From the human T2T-CHM13v2.0 reference genome, Homo sapiens, in NCBI RefSeq assembly GCF_009914755.1, contig NC_060934.1: a stretch of DNA of 64,000 bases; one strand, given 5' to 3'. Under the pieces are notes generated by a model. The model saw only the letters and a program-made list of their open reading frames with translations. It did no database searches and was not told the origin of the DNA. The position numbers were made by a program, and so were the translations under genes. Positions 56,346 to 64,000 of the stretch are shown in pieces; positions within the stretch are counted from its first letter, which is position 1; each line of letters begins with the position of its first letter.

Positions 56346-57547
56346 GTCGTGACTGCGCCTTCTGCTTTCACTCCCCGCGCAGGGAAATCCTGTCCTGCTC
56401 TCTCAGGGAGCAGTTCCTGACGGTGGGCTCCATTTTATAATAGAATGACTCACCTGAAGAATCACTTCTTTCATTATTTCGTATTCCTCACAATACCAGT
56501 GACACACAAAGGCTTTATTTGAAAAACCAAGTAAAGGAAACGAGCACAGGATGTCTGTGCTGGTCTGGTCGGCGTTTATCTCAGCTGGTGAGAACGCAGC
56601 CACGCCTCTGTTCACACTGTCATTCCTCCAATAAATAAGATATCCCTGTTTTCTAAAGTCAGGGAGATTTATGAGTCAGAAGTAATCGGATCCACAATCT
56701 GATTAGAATTCTATCCTCATAACGGGAGCTGACCGCATCCGCATCCATTTGTGGTCCGGCCCAGTCACCACTTGGTTGGTGTTCTAGCACTATAAGCCAG
56801 ACTGTGGGGTGGGGGAAGGTGAGTGCTCCCCGCACTTTAATGCCGGGCTTATTTTTCCCTAAGGACCAGGATCGAAATAATGTTAACAGGAAAAACATGC
56901 TTCCTCGTATGAGACTGCAGTATTTCACCTTGTATGAGAAAGGAAAAATGAAGGGTGAGACCTGCTTGTTTCTTACATAACTAGGGAGAAATCCATCCCC
57001 CCTCTCACCCCGTAGCTCTTCCTGGTGGCAGTAATGATCAGAACCGGGAGTACCCAACTTCTTTCATGCTTGGGGGACTAGAGCTGCCCCCTCCATGCAG
57101 AATGGGCAAAGTAAGGGCAGAGGAGATCCATTAGCATCACAATAGGCCTAAAGCCTGCATTTGAAAGCTTCAAGAAAAGACTGAGAGGCAATCTCTTGCT
57201 GTTTCCCCTAAAGGCAGATTGGCAGATCAGTCCTCCTATCCGGAGCAGCTAGAAAAGCTGGCAAAACAAACAAGACCTATCTGAAGGTGAGCCGCCAAGG
57301 GGGTGAGGATTTGAGGGTCAAGGTCCTGGAGAGAAGGGTTAGCAGAGCTTTGAATTTTGAGGCATTTGCCTATTTCATGAGGCAGAGAAGCTCCCAGCAG
57401 TCTCATGCTAAGGAAGGAAGAGCTCAAGTAGTCGCCGCCAGCTTTCAACTTCCAAAGGGCCTCACCCTTTGGAAGGAACAGGAATGAAAATAGAGAAACT
57501 CTCACAAAGACTGAAACCCAGCTTCCCATTGGCTTACCGTTTGACTG

Positions 57548-58099
57548 TGTTACAGGAAAGGGGTCTTGATCCAGACCACAAGAGAAGGTTCTTGGATCTG
57601 GAGCAAGAAGGAATTCAGGGTGAGTCCATAGAGTAAAGTGAAAGCAAGTTTATCAGGAAAGTAAAGGAATAAAAGAATGGCTACCCCATAGGCACAGCAG
57701 CCCCGAGGGCTGCCGGTTGCCCATTTTTATGGTTATCTCTTGATGATATGCTAAACAAAGGGTGGATTATTCATGCCTCCCCTTTTGAGACCATATAGGG
57801 TAACTTCCTGATGTTGTTATGGCATTTGTAAACTGTCATGGTGCAAGTGGAGTGTGGCAGTGATGACAACCAGAGGTCACTGTTGTCACTATCTTGGCTT
57901 TGGTGGGTTTTAGCCGGCTTCTTTACTGCAACCTGGTTTATTAGCAAGGTCTTTATGACCTGTATCTTCTGCTGACCTCCTATCTCATCCCATGACTTAG
58001 ATTGCCTAACCTTCTAGGAATGCAGCCCAGCAGGTCTCAGCCTTATTTTACGCAGCCCCTACTCAAGATGGAGTTACTTTGGTTCAAACGCCTCTGATA
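57548..58099 (-). mobile_element. MER41 (A-like) solo LTR
   Basis: Minus strand starts tcagaggcgtttgaaccaaagtaactccatcttgagtagg and ends cctttcctgtaaca. Confidence 0.85.
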
Positions 58100-58109
58100 A
58101 TTGGATTAG

Positions 58110-58314
58110 GGCAAGCTTTCGCAACCTCAGTGCTATTGACACTGATAAATTGACATTATCAGTGGACCATCCTATGCAATGTTTAGTATTCCTGGCTTTT
58201 AACCACTGGATGCCAGTAGCACCTCTCCTTCCCCAAATTCTGACAACCAAACTTTCTCCAGACATTGCCAAATGTCCCCTGGTGGGGAAAATCACCTGTG
58301 GTTGAAAACCACTG
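58110..58314 (+). mobile_element. MER20 hAT DNA element
   Basis: gatgccagtagcac...tctccagacattgccaaatgtcccctgg...ggttgaaaaccactg. Confidence 0.8.
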
Positions 58315-58847
58315 GATTAAGGGTGCCTGCCCAGACCCCAACTGCCTTCCAGAAGCAAAAATAAATCTTACTATCATCTAGGGCCTCAAATTATATCTGT
58401 AATTTTTCATACATGATATGCAGCACTTAATAAAGAACAAAGCTTTAAAATACATAACAAAGTTGACAGAACTAAAAAGAGAAATAGACAAATCCACAAT
58501 CATAGTGGGAGATGTTAAGACACATTTCTGAGAAAATGATGGACTAAGCAGAAAAAAAAAATCAACAAGGTTAGGGTAACAGGGTAAACTACGGAGAGAA
58601 GTATCTGGAGGAAAAGAGAAAGGTATCAGGTCTGGGTGCGTGAAAGAGGGGTTGGCAGGAAGGGGGGTATTGAGCGCAGATGGAGAAATGGAGAGAAAAG
58701 GAGGGTCTTTGTGGGCCCCCTCTTTCTGGAGGCTTAATTCTATAAGACCTTTTCCGCATGAACGGTACAAGGGAACTGTGTCGTTTCCTTTGTTCCTTCA
58801 TCCAGACTATACTGGCTGCTCTGTGAAATCTATCTGTACCTCCAGTC

Positions 58848-59993
<1,146 letters not shown>

Positions 59994-61248
59994 TGTGGAC
60001 TCCGTAGCAGCCAGTGGGGTTTGGGTTGGCAAAGACTAGTGAGGCGGCCAAAAGGGTGGTAAGCACATTCTGATCAACTGGGAGAGTGTCTCCAGCAGAG
60101 CTGCAGCCCTCCACCCCTGCCATGGAGGTGCTACCAGGTGTCACTAAACTTAGAGAGTCCTATGGTCTGAGGCAGTTTCAAAATTGAGAGACAGTAAGAC
60201 TGAATATTTAATTCCTGTCTCATCTCTCCTCACTGTATTTTAGCAAGAAGTACTCCAGGATACAGAAGAGGAGCCTGTCCTACCTGGATTACACAGGTAT
60301 ATTGATACCTACTATACGGCAGACATTATTCTAATTGTTGCTAAGAACAGAGAGTAGGCCAGGCACGGTGGCTCTTGCCTGTAATCCCGGCACTTTGGGA
60401 GGGCAAGTCGGGAGGGTTGCTTGAGCCTAGGAGACCAACCTGGGAAACGTGGTGCGACCTTGTCAGTGATCCTGAGGTGAGAGGATCACTTGAGCCCAGG
60501 AGTTCGAGGCTGCAGCAGTGAGCCATGATTGTGCCACTGCACTCCACAGCCTGGGTCATAGAGTGAGACCCTGACTCAAAAAAAAAAAAAAAGAAAAGAA
60601 AAAGAAACACAGTGAGTTTAAGACTGGAATATAAAGATGGGTAAAGCCTATCCATTGTCTTCAGGCCTAATAGGGGTAAGGGGGTTAGGGCAGTGAATCG
60701 AGTAAACCAGCAGTTTGAATACGGTATGCTGGGGCAACTCAGGACAGAGCACAACAGGCTAAGAAGATGAAGAGTAATCGGGTGCTGGAGGGGAGAGAGA
60801 GACAGAGACAGCAGATAAGGGGAATCTAGTTAAGAGTCTGAAACGGGAAGAGGATCTTCTGGGGAGCAGGAGTATTGTGAACAAAAGCCTGCAAGTGTGA
60901 AAGCATGAAGTGCATTCAGGGAAAATTGTATCCCACAGGTATTACTGAATGCCTACTCTATACCTGGCACTGTGCTAGGAGTTCAATGTACCTCGACGAA
61001 CAAGACTCAGTCCTTCTCCGCAAATTGGTCAGGGATCTTTAGTAGGGCAGATTGAAAAGGAATGGGGAGCCGTTCTACAGTGAGCTGTCTGGAGGAGCTG
61101 GGGCATAGAGTGTTTGCAAACAAGTAATGAGTAACGGCCAGGCGCGGTGGCTTTGGCTGGGTGCGGTGGCTCACGCCTGTAATCCCAGCACCTTGGGAGG
61201 CCGAGGCAGGCGGATCACGAGGTCAGGAGATTGAGACCATCCTGGCTA

Positions 61249-61560
<312 letters not shown>

Positions 61561-62153
61561 TTAGAGCTGGCTGCTGCTCAAGAGTCCCACCACAAGTGAT
61601 CACACACAGCTGTCAATGCCTCCTGGAAGTGACTTAGCAAGTCTGGGAGGCATTTGAAGTGAAATATCAGGCATCCAACCCAAGATGCTAGCAGCCTGAT
61701 TAGAAAGGCAGGGTTGATGAAGACAGGGCGGGAGTCGCTGTGGCTCCCCTCTTTCCAGGGAGGTAAGAAAGAGGCCTCTGAGAGGAGACCCACCCTGTCC
61801 TGGGGAGGCCGAGGGCCCAATGCATTGGTGCCAATGACATGGGGCTCACAGTCTCTGTTCAAAGATGATCCCACCATCCACCTCTTCTGAGACCTTGATT
61901 TTTCAGTTGTCCCAGCTCTCTTGTGTGTCCAACTTCTCCTCTTGATTTATCCCCAGCAACATTAATATATCTTTAAGTTAATAGGCTAGGCATGGTGGCT
62001 CACGCCTGGAATCCCAGCACTTTGGGAGGCTGAGGCAGGCGGATCACGAGGTCAGGAGTTCAAGACCAGCCTGACCAATGTGGTAAAATCCCATCTCTAC
62101 TAAAAATACAAAAATTAGCTGGGCACGGTGGTGGGCATCCGTAGTCCCAGCTA

Positions 62154-62319
<166 letters not shown>

Positions 62320-62520
62320 TCACCACTCTATCCTGTTGTTGCCCCATTTCTCTCCTCCCTGCAAAATTAAACTCTTAAAGGAGTTATGCACACTCAGTGC
62401 CTCTACCTCCTCATTTCCTGTTCTGTTCAAGTTCCTTTGGAATAGAGACCCATCTGGCTGGCTCTAGGGAGCTGCTTCTTATAGGGACACACTGGCAACC
62501 ATGTGCAAATCTAGCAATAG

Positions 62521-62775
62521 ATCCTCTGGGTCTGGATTTCCCATTCTTTTCCAGAGTCCTTTCTAGTCCCTCTCCAGGCTGTCTCCCTCTCCCACATGGC
62601 CTCGTTCACCTGCTCTACACGAATCCGTTCCGACTTTCTGTATCTGCTCAACCTCACCCCAGACCTCTTACCCAAGATGCTGAAGGATAATTGGCCTCAT
62701 GGAAACCTGGAATAGGGGCTGCAAACTCATCAGGATGGGCTCCTCCTCCTTTCTACCCTGCCCTCTCCTCCCTCA

Positions 62776-62811
<36 letters not shown>

Positions 62812-63551
62812 TGCTTCTCTCTGACCATCTCTGCCATTTCCACCACTCTCTACTTACCCATCCTACACCATCCCATAATGACCACTCCAGCTTCAGTCAA
62901 CTTCAGGATCTTTAGCCCAGCTCCCACCGTCAACAGACAGATGCTCAAGAGATGGAACCCAACTAGCCTGGTAATTTCTTCAAGTGAGGAGACAAGTCAT
63001 AGGTCACTGGCCTCAGATTACAGGATGTGGCTGTTTAGGACCACAGGATGGTGGACAGGACGGCCTCCCTGAGAGGCGGTGGGGAGAGCAGACCACAAGA
63101 AGCAGCTTTGTATGCCTCCCATTCACGCCTCCACCCAAGGCATGGCCTGTGTGCTCAGCAGCCCGGAAACTGCTTTCACTGAGGTCATAAACAGTGTCTT
63201 TGTTGTTGAATCCAATGGACAGTATTCCTTTCTTTCTGTGAATGAATGTTCAGTGGCTTCTGGAGCTGTTGACCCTTTTCCTGACCCCTTTCCTGTAACT
63301 CCCATGAGATTTACCCTCTTTAGTTTTCCTCCTATATTTTGGGTATTTCCTTCGAGCCTATGTTGTGGGCTCCTCTTTCTCTGCCTGTGCTTTCAAAGCT
63401 GACCATCCTCTGGGTCTGGATTTTCCTTTCCTTTCCAGAATCCTTTCTAGTCCCTCTCCAGGCCATCTGCCTCTTCCACATGGCCTCAGTCACCTACTCT
63501 ATACGAATCCATTCTGACTTTCTGTATCTGCACAACCTCATCCCAGACCTC
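62521..63551. repeat. Dispersed 147-bp direct duplication (62521-62667 and 63405-63551)
   Basis: Both copies run atcctctgggtctggatt...ccagacctc with no gaps, roughly 85-90% identical by eye. Confidence 0.85.
62778..62810. repeat. (TG)n microsatellite
   Basis: Pure TG run. Confidence 0.95.
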
Positions 63552-64000
63552 ACCCAACTGGACAGCCCCACCTAGACATCCCACAGGTACTTCGAAGTCA
63601 CTGTATGCACAGTGGCACTCCATCCCCCTTCTACCTTCTTCTCCCTGATGTTTCCTACTTCAGGAGATGGTGCCACCCACTTGCCCAGGCCAGAAACAGC
63701 ATCATGCTTAATACCTTATTTCCTTCACTCTAAACCCAACCAAACACCAAACATGAAAGAATCAACAGGCCAGGTGCAGTGGCTCACACCTGTAATCCCC
63801 GCACTTTAGGAGGCTGAGATGGGCGGATCACCAGAGGTCAGGAGTTCGAGACCAGCCTGGCTAACATGGTGAAACACCATCTCTACAAAAAATATAAAAA
63901 ATTAGCTGGGCATGGTGGTGTGTGCCTGTAATCCCAGCTACTCTGGAGGCTGAGGCAGGAGAATCGCTTGAACCTGCGAGGCAGAGGTTTCAGTGAGCCG

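Overview
Human (or very close primate) genomic DNA containing the complete BAG3 co-chaperone gene on the + strand. Four coding exons, all in phase 0 (21259-21438, 39473-39799, 41877-42278, 46136-46954), splice to 1728 nt, i.e. 575 aa plus stop, with WW, IPV, PxxP and BAG domains. The gene has a CpG-island promoter with heat-shock elements, AP-1 and UPRE/CRE motifs. It is flanked upstream by a full-length RPS8 processed retrocopy with an intact ORF (8010-8739, +) and downstream by an Alu-disrupted thioredoxin retrocopy (52640-53524, -). The rest is dense in Alus, with MaLR/ERVL/ERV1 solo LTRs, Tigger2, MER20, L1/L2/MIR remnants, microsatellites and a 21-bp VNTR. This is a well-studied locus and I see no wholly new multi-gene system. 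The best second-look candidates are: (1) a third IPV-like motif at a matching offset in exon 4, suggesting exon triplication; (2) a strong-context in-frame CUG 87 codons upstream of the BAG3 AUG; (3) stop-free, Alu-bracketed exons 2/3 that could form endless-ORF circRNAs; (4) a 3'UTR hairpin masking a miR-143 8mer site; (5) a divergent MER41 pair with intact GAS motifs beyond a CTCF site; (6) the intact RPS8 retro-ORF. Repeat subfamily names and boundaries are by eye and approximate.
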